From Candidatus Aminicenantales bacterium (GTDB lineage Bacteria > Acidobacteriota > Aminicenantia > Aminicenantales > Saccharicenantaceae), in assembly GCA_049513915.1 (NCBI GenBank), contig JBEKVN010000013.1, positions 1,655 to 65,654 on the forward strand: a DNA stretch of 64,000 nucleotides, in the 5' to 3' direction. Under the pieces are notes generated by a model, which saw only the letters and a list, made by a program, of their open reading frames with translations, was not told where the DNA came from and did not search any database. Every line of letters begins with the position of its first letter. The stretch's first letter is position 1. The position numbers and the translations under genes were made by a program. Of the stretch, positions 54,959 through 64,000 are shown in pieces.

Positions 54959-56794
54959 TCATGCCGAGGCGGGATGCTCCAACTTCTGGAGAGAGGCCTC
55001 GACGACCTCCCGGACTCTCTTCCTTTCGCCGCGCCGGGTCCGGGCCCTTTTGAGGGGGCCGACGGCCTTGGGGTCGCCGATTTCCCCGAGCAGGCGGGCG
55101 GCCCGGAAACGTGTCGTCCAGGACGGAGATTTCAAGGCTTCGATGAGCGGGCCGCCGGCGTCCCGCCCGAAATTGAGGAGGGCGTTCTCGGCGCTTTCCC
55201 GAACGCTCCAATGCGGGTCGGCCATGGACTTCAGCAGGGGAAGGATCGATTTCGGGTCGAGGAAACTCCCCAGGATCCGCGCGGACTGGCAGCGGACCTC
55301 GCGCGAAGCGTCCTTGAGGCCGTGCAAAGCCGCTTCGACGACGTTGGGCTGGCCCTGGCCGGACGCGCGCAGGACACGCATCGCCTCGCTCCGGATGAAC
55401 TCGGCCGGGTCTTTCCTGACGGTCCGGATGAGGTGCTTGACCGCCTCCAGCCCGCCCAGCCTGCCCAGGGCCCGGACGGCTTCGAAACGGACGTTGTCGG
55501 AATCGTCCTGGAGCGAGGGCAGTATCCGGAGGACCACGGAAACGTCGGCCACTTCGGCCAGGACCTTCAGCGCGCAGCAGCGGCCCCAGGCCGCGCAGCC
55601 GGTCTGGAACAGCGCCTCGGAGGCGGCGTCCCGGAGATCGGGCAACCCCTCCTCGACGATCTGCTTCAGGCACGGAACGGCGCGGTGGTCCTCGAGCCCG
55701 GCCAGGGCTTTGAGGGCCCTCATCTGGAGTTCCGGATGCTCCTTGTCCGCGGCGTCCTTGATGAGCAAACCGATGTCGGATGTGTTATAGGACAGCGCCG
55801 GCAGGAGCAATTCGGTGACACTCGGGCCGAAGCGGGCCAGGGCCGACACCGCGGCCTGGCGGACGATGAAATAACTGCTCCGGAGGTAGCTGATCAAGGC
55901 GGGGACGGACTTCGGGTCGCCGATCCGCCCCAGGCACTTGAGGAGGGCCCGCTGGGTGAACTTGTCCCGTTCCCGACAAAGGACGTTGAGCAGGGGCAGG
56001 GTTGCCTGCCGGCCGAAGCGGACGACGGCATCCGAAGCTTTTTCCTGGACCTTCTCCACGTTGTCCTGGATCCTGTACACCAGGGCCTCGACGCTGATCC
56101 TGTCCCCGATCAGGCCCAGGGCCTCGGCCGCCGAAGCGCGGACGGACCCGGCCTCGTCCTGAAGGAGGTCGATGAGATAAGGCGCGGAGCCCCGGGATTT
56201 CATGTTCCCCAGGGTCCGGGCGGCGCCGGCCCGGATGGTCGGGGATGAATTCCGCAGGGCGTCGTGCAGCCAGTGGATGCTCTCCGGTCCGATCTCCCGG
56301 AAGCCGTCGATGGCCAGATCGACGATCTCCTCGTTCTCGAGCGAGAACATGTGGATCAGGACCCGGGCCAGGCGCACGTCCTTGCGGGCGATGATGTCCC
56401 TGACCTTGGCCATCAGCTCCGTGACGGCCTGGGTCCGCACGATCCACTCCGGGTCCTCGACGGCCTTGAGGAGATGGTCGATGACACGGTAGTCGCCGAG
56501 CCGGCCGACGGCGGTGACGGCCGCCCACCGGATCTGGGACTGGCTCGAGCGGAAGATCTTCGGCTTGACGAGCTCCGCGATGGCCTCGGCCCGGCCGAGC
56601 CGGCCGAGGGAGATCACGGCGGCGTGCTGGATGCTGGGGTTGGGGTCATTGAGCTTTTCGACGATCAGGGGGTAAATCTCCGGTTGTGTCTCGTAACCCA
56701 GCTGCATGATCGCCGCCCGCACGGCGGAGGCGTCTTCGCTCTCCCGGACGGTGCGGAGAAGACCTTCGATCGGGGGGGGAACCGCTTTTTCCAA
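54959..56794 (-). CDS. HEAT/PBS-lyase repeat protein
   Basis: Many ~31-aa repeats of the form L.D....VR..AA.ALG.IGD. TTG start 1 nt after the upstream stop. Confidence 0.88.
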   Translation of the reverse strand: MEKAVPPPIEGLLRTVRESEDASAVRAAIMQLGYETQPEIYPLIVEKLNDPNPSIQHAAVISLGRLGRAEAIAELVKPKIFRSSQSQIRWAAVTAVGRLGDYRVIDHLLKAVEDPEWIVRTQAVTELMAKVRDIIARKDVRLARVLIHMFSLENEEIVDLAIDGFREIGPESIHWLHDALRNSSPTIRAGAARTLGNMKSRGSAPYLIDLLQDEAGSVRASAAEALGLIGDRISVEALVYRIQDNVEKVQEKASDAVVRFGRQATLPLLNVLCRERDKFTQRALLKCLGRIGDPKSVPALISYLRSSYFIVRQAAVSALARFGPSVTELLLPALSYNTSDIGLLIKDAADKEHPELQMRALKALAGLEDHRAVPCLKQIVEEGLPDLRDAASEALFQTGCAAWGRCCALKVLAEVADVSVVLRILPSLQDDSDNVRFEAVRALGRLGGLEAVKHLIRTVRKDPAEFIRSEAMRVLRASGQGQPNVVEAALHGLKDASREVRCQSARILGSFLDPKSILPLLKSMADPHWSVRESAENALLNFGRDAGGPLIEALKSPSWTTRFRAARLLGEIGDPKAVGPLKRARTRRGERKRVREVVEASLQKLEHPASA

Positions 56795-56795
56795 A

Positions 56796-57293
56796 TCAGG
56801 TCCTTTCGATGTAGCCCTTGCAGTCGCCGTCGATGTTGAACGACGTCACCTGGTACTCGCAGTCGATGTTGGCCAGGGCCTTGACGGCGGCCCGGAAGCA
56901 GCCGATCCGGGCGCAGGTCAGGTCGCGGACGGAGAAGCCCTCTTCGATCAGGGCCTGGCAGCTCTTGAGATAGACGCAGTCATGGACCGTGATTTCCAGG
57001 TGATGCGGGTTCACCTCCACCAGGTCGAACGAGCTCGCGTCCCGGAACAGCCCGCCGGCGATCCCGATCTGAATGTAGTTCTCGACGGCGGCCCGGATCG
57101 AATCCGACTTCTTGATCTGCATCCCGTACGCATCGCCCAGGAGGTGGAGATAGTACTGCACGGAGTGCTCGTACGCCCGGGCCACGAAAACGCTGGGCCT
57201 CGTGCCGTGGAAATCGCGCGCCGTCTCTTCGAGCGCGCTCAGCCAGCAGAGGGCGACGAGCCACCCCGCTTCTTCGCGATTGATCTTGTCCAT
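56796..57293 (-). CDS. Hypothetical V4R/MetOD1-like small-molecule-binding protein
   Basis: Pattern LEITVHDCVY..C...TCARIGCF...CEY...C resembles V4R-superfamily Cys clusters. GAGG SD. Confidence 0.6.
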   Translation of the reverse strand: MDKINREEAGWLVALCWLSALEETARDFHGTRPSVFVARAYEHSVQYYLHLLGDAYGMQIKKSDSIRAAVENYIQIGIAGGLFRDASSFDLVEVNPHHLEITVHDCVYLKSCQALIEEGFSVRDLTCARIGCFRAAVKALANIDCEYQVTSFNIDGDCKGYIERT

Positions 57294-57315
57294 GATGGCA
57301 TCCTCTTGTCGTTCG

Positions 57316-58746
57316 TTATTTCGCCGCGGCCGTTTTTTTCCCGGCGCCGGCCGCCCCGAGGTTCAGCCGCTCGAGCTCCCTTTTCACGGCGTCGGCGCCG
57401 GCGGCGAGGCCGATCTCACGGCTCCATTTCGAGGCCAGGGCGGCGGCGTCCGCCTTGGGGTTCTGCGCCCAGAGGACAACGAGCTTGGCGAGGTCCTCGG
57501 GCCCGAAATCGGCCGGCCGCACGAGTTCCGTGGCGGCCGCGGGCGCGGCCTTCCGCGGGCCCAGGGCCTCCAGGATGGCCTTGGTGTCCCTGGCGATGGC
57601 CAGCTCCTCGTTGGTCGGGACGACCAGGAGCTTGACCCGGCCGGTGCTGATAACGGGCTCATTGGCCTCGTTCTTCTTGGCGTCGAAAACGATGCCGAAT
57701 TCATCCAGGCCCTCGCTGACGAGCCGGCGCACGAACCGGGAGTTTTCCCCGATCCCCCCTGTGAAGATGACGGCGTCCACCCCGCCCATCTCGGCCATGT
57801 AGGCGCCGATGTACTTGCGGACGGAATGGCAGTAGATCTCCAGGGCCAGCTTGTGGCGCTCGCTGCCGTGGGCGGCCTCCTGCTCGATCTCCCGCATATC
57901 GTGGGAGGTCTCGGTCAGCCCCAGCATGCCGCTGTTCTTGTTCATGATGGCGTCGATTTCCTTGGTCCCGAGCTTTTCCCTTTCCATGATGTAGGGGACG
58001 AGCGCGGGGTCGATGCTGCCGCAGCGCGTGCCCATGACCAGGCCTTCCAGAGGCGTGAAGCCCATCGTCGTGTCGACCGATTTCCCGCCGTCCACGGCCG
58101 TGATGCTGGCGCCGTTGCCCAGGTGGCAGGTGATGAGCTTGAGCTTCTCGATCGGCCGGCCGAGCATCTCCGCGGCTTTATGGGCGACGTAGCTGTGGGA
58201 CGTGCCGTGGAACCCGTAGCGCCGGATGCTCAGTTTCCGGTAGAGGGCGTACGGGAGCCCGTAAATAAAGGCTTTGGGCGGGATCGTCTGATGGAAGGCC
58301 GTGTCGAAGACCGCTACCTGGGGGACCGTGGGCAGGAGGGCATCGCAGGCCTCGATGCCTTTCAGATTATGGGGATTGTGGAGCGGCGCGAATTGGATGC
58401 ACTTGCGGATGGTCGCTTTGACCTTGTCCGTGATGAGCACGGATTCGGAAAAATCTTCGCCGCCGTGGACGACGCGGTGGCCGATCCCGTCGATCTCGCT
58501 CTTGTCGCGGATCACGCCGTGCTGGGGGTGGAGCAGCAGCGACAGGACCATTTCGATGGCCACGCTGTGGTTGAGGACTTCGCGGATCTCCCGGATCTTG
58601 TTCCTGCCCTCCGGCTGATACGTGACGATCGCGTCGCTCGAACCGATCTTCTCGACGATCCCTTTGGCCAGCAGGCCTTCGTCTTCCATGCGGATAAACT
58701 GGAACTTGACGGACGAACTGCCGCTGTTGAGCACGAGAACTTTCAT
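57316..58746 (-). CDS. ackA: Acetate kinase with an ~80-aa C-terminal extension
   Basis: NSGSSSVKF, GHRVVHGG, APLHN, FDTAFH, YGFHGTSH, HLGNGAS, MGTRCG, FTGGIGEN, PTNEE. Confidence 0.95.
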   Translation of the reverse strand: MKVLVLNSGSSSVKFQFIRMEDEGLLAKGIVEKIGSSDAIVTYQPEGRNKIREIREVLNHSVAIEMVLSLLLHPQHGVIRDKSEIDGIGHRVVHGGEDFSESVLITDKVKATIRKCIQFAPLHNPHNLKGIEACDALLPTVPQVAVFDTAFHQTIPPKAFIYGLPYALYRKLSIRRYGFHGTSHSYVAHKAAEMLGRPIEKLKLITCHLGNGASITAVDGGKSVDTTMGFTPLEGLVMGTRCGSIDPALVPYIMEREKLGTKEIDAIMNKNSGMLGLTETSHDMREIEQEAAHGSERHKLALEIYCHSVRKYIGAYMAEMGGVDAVIFTGGIGENSRFVRRLVSEGLDEFGIVFDAKKNEANEPVISTGRVKLLVVPTNEELAIARDTKAILEALGPRKAAPAAATELVRPADFGPEDLAKLVVLWAQNPKADAAALASKWSREIGLAAGADAVKRELERLNLGAAGAGKKTAAAK

Positions 58747-58851
58747 GGCCGTGGTCTCTCCTCAGATCACGGACGGCCGTCCCTCCGCGATCGCGATTTC
58801 TTTTCTGAAGCGACGCCGGACGATTCCCGGAAGCGCGCGACAAGTCCATTT

Positions 58852-58880
58852 AATATAGATATTTCGGGGGGGGCTGTCAA
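58852..58880 (-). promoter_or_regulatory. Sigma70 promoter of the ackA operon
   Basis: TTGACA-17-TATATT. Confidence 0.75.
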
Positions 58881-58930
58881 GCCCCGCTCCCGGGCCTCTC
58901 CCCTGTCGCCGGCGCGCGCCGGGCCCCGGT

Positions 58931-58959
58931 TTGACAACCACCGGGCCGTCTGCTATAAG
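58931..58959 (+). promoter_or_regulatory. Sigma70 promoter of sucCD
   Basis: TTGACA-17-TATAAG with a TG extension. Confidence 0.7.
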
Positions 58960-58991
58960 GGGAACGCCCCAGGGGGGCGGGAGTTTTTTTC

Positions 58992-60149
58992 ATGAAGATC
59001 CATGAGTATCAGGCCAAGCAGATCCTGGCCCGACACGGTGTCCGGATCCCCCGCGGGGAACTGGCGGAAACCCCGGCCGCCGCCCGGGCCATCGCCGAGC
59101 GCCTCGGCACCCGGGTCGTCCTGAAGGCGCAAATCCATGCCGGCGGACGGGGCAAGGGCGGCGGCATCAAGCTCGCCGATTCCCCGGCCGAAGCCGAACG
59201 CCTGGCCCGGGCCATGATCGGCATGACCCTGGTTACGCCTCAGACGGGCCCCGAGGGAAAGACCGTGCAGAGGATCCTGGTCGAAGAGGCCCAGGACATC
59301 CAAAGGGAACTCTACCTCGGCATGGTCATCGACCGGGCCGCGGAGGCGGCGGTGCTCATGGCCTCGACGGAGGGCGGCGTCGAGATCGAGAAGGTCGCCG
59401 CGGAAAACCCGGAGGCCATCTTCAGGGAATACATCCACCCGGCGACCGGCCTGCGGCCGTTCCAGGCCCGTTCCCTGGCTTTCCGCCTCGGCCTCGAGGG
59501 CGAAACGCACAAGAAGGCCGTGGCGTTCATCACCGGCCTGGCCGGGGCTTTCGAGGCGACCGACGCCTCGCTCGCCGAAATCAACCCGCTCCTCGTGACC
59601 CGCCAGGGGGATGTCTTGGCGCTCGATGCCAAGATGAATTTCGACGACAACGCCCTCGCCCGCCACCCGGACATCCGGGCCATGCGCGACTTGGCCGAGG
59701 AATCGCCGCTCGAGGTCGAAGCCTCGAAATACAACCTCAATTACATCAAGCTCGACGGGACCGTGGGCTGCATGGTCAACGGCGCCGGGCTGGCCATGGC
59801 CACCATGGACATCGTCAAGTACGAGGGCGGGACCCCGGCCAACTTCCTGGACGTGGGCGGCGGGGTCACCGAGGAGGCCGTGACCAACGCTTTCCGGATC
59901 CTCGTTTCCGACCCGGACGTCCGCGGGGCCCTGATCAACATCTTCGGGGGGATCGTCCGCTGCGACCTCATCGCCAACGGCGTCGTGAAGGCGGCCCGGG
60001 AGCTCGGCACCCGGATCCCGGTCGTGATCCGGCTCGAGGGGACGAACGTCGAGCGCGGGAAGGAAATCCTCCGGGAATCGGGGCTGGCCTTTCACCCGGC
60101 CGACAGCATGAAAGAGGCCGCGGCCAGGATCGTGGCCTTGGTCAAGTAG
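58992..60149 (+). CDS. sucC: Succinate--CoA ligase (ADP-forming) beta subunit
   Basis: [59 protein letters not shown]. Confidence 0.96.
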   Translation: MKIHEYQAKQILARHGVRIPRGELAETPAAARAIAERLGTRVVLKAQIHAGGRGKGGGIKLADSPAEAERLARAMIGMTLVTPQTGPEGKTVQRILVEEAQDIQRELYLGMVIDRAAEAAVLMASTEGGVEIEKVAAENPEAIFREYIHPATGLRPFQARSLAFRLGLEGETHKKAVAFITGLAGAFEATDASLAEINPLLVTRQGDVLALDAKMNFDDNALARHPDIRAMRDLAEESPLEVEASKYNLNYIKLDGTVGCMVNGAGLAMATMDIVKYEGGTPANFLDVGGGVTEEAVTNAFRILVSDPDVRGALINIFGGIVRCDLIANGVVKAARELGTRIPVVIRLEGTNVERGKEILRESGLAFHPADSMKEAAARIVALVK

Positions 60150-60170
60150 GGAAGCGCCGAGGAGTCCGCC

Positions 60171-61049
60171 ATGAGCATTCTGGTCGACGAAAAAACCCGT
60201 GTGGTGGTTCAGGGGCTCACCGGCAGCGAGGGGACGTTTCACGCCCAGCGGATGATGGAATACGGGACCCGCGTCGTGGCCGGTGTCACGCCAGGCAAGG
60301 GCGGGACTGCGCACCTTGGAGTTCCCGTCTTCAACACCGTGGCCGATGCCGTTCGGGCCGAAGGGGCGGACGCGGCGGCCATCTTCGTGCCCCCGTTCCA
60401 CGCCGCGGACGCCGTCATGGAAGCGGCGGCGGCGGGCGTGCGGCTGGTCGTCTGCATCACGGAGGGGATTCCCACCCTGGACATGATCAAGGTCAAGGCA
60501 TTCCTCAAAGACACCCGGGCGTCCCTCGTCGGGCCGAATACCCCCGGCGTCATCTCCCCGGGCAAGGCCAAGATCGGAATCATGCCGGGCCATATTCACA
60601 AGCGCGGGACGGTCGGCATCATCTCCCGTTCGGGAACCCTGACCTACGAGGCCGTCCAGCAGGTCACCCTGCAGGGACTGGGCCAATCCACCGCCGTGGG
60701 CATCGGCGGGGACCCGATCGTCGGCCTGAAATTCGTCGACCTCCTGGCGCTCTTCAAGGACGACCCGGAGACCGAGGCCGTGATCCTCATCGGCGAAATC
60801 GGAGGGACCGCCGAGGAGGACGCCGCGGCGTATATGAGGAAAGGATACCCCAAGCCCGTTGTCGCCTTCATCGCCGGGCAGACGGCGCCTCCAGGCCGGA
60901 GGATGGGGCACGCCGGCGCGATCATCGCCGGCGGGAAAGGGACGGCCCGGGAAAAGATGGACGCCCTCCAGGCGGCTGGCGCCCGGGTCGCCGTCAGCCC
61001 GGCCGAAATAGGATCCAGCCTGAAGGCCGCCTTATCCCGACGCGCCTGA
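60171..61049 (+). CDS. sucD: Succinate--CoA ligase alpha subunit
   Basis: [36 protein letters not shown]. Confidence 0.96.
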   Translation: MSILVDEKTRVVVQGLTGSEGTFHAQRMMEYGTRVVAGVTPGKGGTAHLGVPVFNTVADAVRAEGADAAAIFVPPFHAADAVMEAAAAGVRLVVCITEGIPTLDMIKVKAFLKDTRASLVGPNTPGVISPGKAKIGIMPGHIHKRGTVGIISRSGTLTYEAVQQVTLQGLGQSTAVGIGGDPIVGLKFVDLLALFKDDPETEAVILIGEIGGTAEEDAAAYMRKGYPKPVVAFIAGQTAPPGRRMGHAGAIIAGGKGTAREKMDALQAAGARVAVSPAEIGSSLKAALSRRA

Positions 61050-61445
61050 TTCTCCGGCTTCCTTGTCCCTGGCCGCCAGGGCCCGGGCGACCAGATTCCG
61101 CAGGTCATAGGGCAGGAACGGCTTGGGCAGGAAGTCGAAGGCCCCGATCTGCATGGCCTGGAGCGTGTTCTTCATGGTCGGGTAGCCCGTGATCATGATG
61201 ACCTGGACCGCCGGGCTGATGGACTTGAGCGATTTGAGCAGGTCCATGCCGTTGAGGCCGGGCATCATCAGGTCGACGATGATCACATCGTATCTCTTTT
61301 GACCCTCCATTTTCAGCGCCTCCTCCCCGCTCAGAGCGACGTCGATGTCGTACTCCTCGCGGACAAGGGCCTTCTTGATGCTCCGGCAGACCGTGTCCTC
61401 GTCGTCAACTACAAGGATTTTTTTCTTGTCCTTATCCGCCATCAT
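61032..61445 (-). CDS. Single-domain response regulator
   Basis: VVDDE, DLMMP, ITGY, FLPKPF. No output domain. Confidence 0.9.
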   Translation of the reverse strand: MMADKDKKKILVVDDEDTVCRSIKKALVREEYDIDVALSGEEALKMEGQKRYDVIIVDLMMPGLNGMDLLKSLKSISPAVQVIMITGYPTMKNTLQAMQIGAFDFLPKPFLPYDLRNLVARALAARDKEAGESGASG

Positions 61446-63490
61446 GCCTCCTTCATCTTTGGATTCTCTTCAGTTTTGTCGACCAGCGGGATGCGCACGG
61501 TGAAGACCGACCCGCGGCCGACCTCGCTCCGGACCTCGATCGTCCCGCCCCGCTGCAGAATGATCCCGTAGCTGACGGCCAGGCCCAGTCCCGTCCCGAA
61601 ACTCTTGGTGGTGAAGAACGGGTCGAAAAGCTTGGGGAGATTCTCCCCGGGGATCCCCACCCCGGTATCGGAAAAGACGATCTCCAGGGCCGCGCCGTCG
61701 CGGCTCAGGCGGCTGGTGATCGTCAGGGTCCCGCCGTCGGGCATGGCCTCCCGGGCATTCATGGCGAGGTTCGAAAAGACCTGCTGGATCTTGTTCTTGT
61801 CGAGGTCGACCGGCGGGAGGGACCGGTCGAGCTGCTTCTCAATGTGGATGTTCCGGACCGAGGCCTGCATTTCGTGGAGCTGGACCGTGCGGTCGATGAT
61901 GTCATTGACGTCGGCCGGGGTTTCCTGGGCCGGCGTCTGGCGGGCGAAATCGAGGAGCCCGCTTACGATCTTGGCGCAGCGGGCCGCCTCCTCGGCGATA
62001 AGCGTCAGGGACTCGCGCTCTTCGCCGGCCTCGCCGTGGGTTTCGAGCAGCAGGTGGGTGTTGAGCAGGATGGACGTCAGGGGGTTGTTGATTTCGTGGG
62101 CGACGCCGGCCGCCATCTGGCCGAGCGAGGCCAGCTTCTCCGACTGGATAAGCTGGTCCCGGGTTAGGCGGAGCTGCTGGGTCCTCTCCTCGACCCGCCG
62201 CTCGAGCGTCCGCCCCCACTGAGTCAGGTCCTCGCGGGCGGCGTGGAGGTCCTCGGTCATCCGGTTGAACGATTGGGCCAAAAGGCCGATCTCGTCCCGC
62301 CCTTCGGCGTCGACGCGGTGTTCGAGGTCGCCGCGGGCGATTTTGTCGGTCGCCTCGACCATGGCGGCCAGGGGCCGGGTGATGTTGCGGGCGATATACG
62401 CCAGAAGGACCAAAAGGAACACGGTGCACAGGCCGGCCAGGCCGGAGAAGGTCGCCATGACGCGGTTGCGCAGGTCGATATACGGCCGCTCGAGCATCCC
62501 CACGTAGATCATGCCGATCGTTTTGCCGTCGATGTCCCGGATCGGCTCATAGGCGGTGATGTACCAGGCCGTGACGACGAAGGCCCGGCCGAGATAGGAC
62601 CGTCCCTGCCGAAGGACGGCCTCATTGACTTCACGGGAGACGCGCGTCCCGACGGCCCGGTTTCCCTTGTCGTCGAGGACGTTTGTGGAAATGCGGAGGT
62701 CGTTCTGGAACAGGGTCGCGGTGCCGATGTCATGGCCCTTGTACTTCTCTCCCCGGTAAACGATGTCCTTGACCCGGTCGACGAGCTCGTAGTCCCGGTC
62801 GAGCAGCAGCCCGCCGTAGAGAACGCCGAGGACACCGGCCCCATCATCAACGACGGGGACGGCGGACTTGAGCATCATGCCGCTCTCCTCGTGGTTTTCC
62901 GTCCGTTCGGCGGCCATGGGCGTCGGGACGAACTCGAAATAGGCCCGGTCCGCGAGGTCCCGTCCTTCTTTGAGGAGCTCCCCGCGCGGCACGATCTGGG
63001 TCCCGGCCGCCGTCTCGCCCCGCAGGGCGCGGGCGACGAAGGGGTCCCGGGATTCGTTGTCGCCGTCCGTTCCCGCCGCGCTTTCGCCGACTCCCGAAGA
63101 CCCGGCGCGGCGGGAGCGTACGACGGCGCGGCCGCTCCCGTCCGTGAGGGTGAGGACGTCGAGCCGGTAATCCCGGCGGACTTTGTCCAGGCGGGCCGCC
63201 AGTCCGTCGAAATGGCCGGAGCGGAGCGCCTGGCGAAGGGATTCCTGCTCAGCGCTGAGCCGGACGGTGTCGCGGATGCCGTTCAGCTTCTCGTTATAGA
63301 CGACCCAGGCCGCGGCCAGGTCATGCCGGACCTTGGCCTCGGCCAGCGAGATGATCGTCCGGTGTTCGAGGCGCGTCCCGATGAGGAGCGAAACGACACC
63401 TCCGATCAGGATGACGACGAGAAAGCTCAGGACGAGCTTGCTTCTGAGGGGAAGATCATGGAAACGTCGGACCAGGGTGCGGGACTGCAT
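61442..63490 (-). CDS. Membrane sensor histidine kinase (Cache-type sensor, HAMP, HisKA, HATPase)
   Basis: Two TM segments, RISTNV..G.RAVGT, DEIG.LA.SFN.M, AHEINNPL, QVFSNL..NA, DTGVGI, GTGLGL. Start uncertain. Confidence 0.9.
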   Translation of the reverse strand: MQSRTLVRRFHDLPLRSKLVLSFLVVILIGGVVSLLIGTRLEHRTIISLAEAKVRHDLAAAWVVYNEKLNGIRDTVRLSAEQESLRQALRSGHFDGLAARLDKVRRDYRLDVLTLTDGSGRAVVRSRRAGSSGVGESAAGTDGDNESRDPFVARALRGETAAGTQIVPRGELLKEGRDLADRAYFEFVPTPMAAERTENHEESGMMLKSAVPVVDDGAGVLGVLYGGLLLDRDYELVDRVKDIVYRGEKYKGHDIGTATLFQNDLRISTNVLDDKGNRAVGTRVSREVNEAVLRQGRSYLGRAFVVTAWYITAYEPIRDIDGKTIGMIYVGMLERPYIDLRNRVMATFSGLAGLCTVFLLVLLAYIARNITRPLAAMVEATDKIARGDLEHRVDAEGRDEIGLLAQSFNRMTEDLHAAREDLTQWGRTLERRVEERTQQLRLTRDQLIQSEKLASLGQMAAGVAHEINNPLTSILLNTHLLLETHGEAGEERESLTLIAEEAARCAKIVSGLLDFARQTPAQETPADVNDIIDRTVQLHEMQASVRNIHIEKQLDRSLPPVDLDKNKIQQVFSNLAMNAREAMPDGGTLTITSRLSRDGAALEIVFSDTGVGIPGENLPKLFDPFFTTKSFGTGLGLAVSYGIILQRGGTIEVRSEVGRGSVFTVRIPLVDKTEENPKMKEA

Positions 63491-63566
63491 CGGGTTTACA
63501 GCGTACACAATAGCACCCCCCCCCCGCCGCCAGCCCGGTAACGCGGACTGCGAGGACACCGAACTC

Positions 63567-64000
63567 TTGGACAGAACAGCACGAAAAAGCCACTCGATTT
63601 CACCCCTCGTCCACACGGTCGTCGGGAATTATCAGCGCCGGAAACGCTCCCTCATCCCCATCCTCCAGGATATTCAGGAGAGGAGCCGGTGGCTTTCGCC
63701 CGAAATTCTTGACGAGGTGGCCCGGGAGCTGGAGATTCCGCCCGCCCATGTCTATTCCGTCGCCACCTTTTACAAATCGTTCAGCCTGGCGCCGCGCGGC
63801 CGCCACATCTGTACCGTTTGCATGGGAACGGCCTGCCATGTCCGGGGAGGGGCGATCATCCTGGAGCATTTAGAACGGAAACTGGGGATCCGGGCCGGCC
63901 AGACGACACCTGACAAGAAGTACACCCTGGAGCGGGTCAACTGCCTGGGCGCCTGCGCCCTGGCGCCGCTCGCCGTCGTCGACGGCCGCTACTACGGCCA
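63567..64000 (+). CDS. NuoE/HydC-like [2Fe-2S] subunit (3' end truncated by the window)
   Basis: Manual translation ...LIPILQDIQ...VYSVATFYKSFSLAPRGRHICTVCMGTACHVRGG...VNCLGACALAP. TTG start with a GAGG SD. Confidence 0.88.
   Translation, partial: MDRTARKSHSISPLVHTVVGNYQRRKRSLIPILQDIQERSRWLSPEILDEVARELEIPPAHVYSVATFYKSFSLAPRGRHICTVCMGTACHVRGGAIILEHLERKLGIRAGQTTPDKKYTLERVNCLGACALAPLAVVDGRYYG

Noticed and set aside
53322-55673. Apparent N-terminal extensions in the ORF track (fumarase 783 aa, Omp85 975 aa, FabD 336 aa, transaldolase 308 aa, M42 499 aa, AI-2E 432 aa)
   Set aside because: These are upstream in-frame read-ins overlapping neighbouring genes. Internal ATGs with an SD or stop/start coupling give normal lengths, so there is no evidence of fusion or frameshifting.
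57316-57420. AckA tail as a bacterial microcompartment encapsulation peptide
   Set aside because: No shell-protein genes in the window, and the extension is longer than a single amphipathic helix.

Overview
GC-rich core-chromosome window of a diderm bacterium. The zinc-ribbon Hanks kinase, the gene order and the codon style suggest Acidobacteriota / Ca. Aminicenantes, but that is inference only. It holds about 45 mostly housekeeping genes: sppA, a UvrD-nuclease fusion, ftsB, a phosphohexomutase, pcm, coaD-pilMNOPQ, yicC-gmk-coaBC-udg-priA, tRNA-Phe, clpB, mutS, pgsA, the hslVU...tamB-omp85-surA-like-fabD run, a GH2 beta-galactosidase, a kinase/phosphatase pair, serine dehydratase plus two M42 peptidases, ackA-V4R-like-HEAT-fumarase, sucCD, a two-component system and a partial nuoE-like gene. 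No CRISPR array, prophage or transposase is visible. Three things stand out. (1) Four intergenic regions hold a family of non-coding, strongly self-complementary elements. They share one end motif (GTCGGACGGGTCCTGTC-like) but carry different, covarying hairpin modules, which suggests a modular non-autonomous mobile or structured nucleic-acid system. (2) Several apparent pseudoenzymes: a helicase-dead PriA, an Asd-like protein lacking its catalytic Cys, and a metal-site-dead M42 subunit paired with an active one, both with signal peptides. (3) An acetate kinase with an extra C-terminal HTH-like domain, co-transcribed with a V4R-like protein, a HEAT-repeat protein and fumarase. All calls come from motif reading; no database search or folding program was run.
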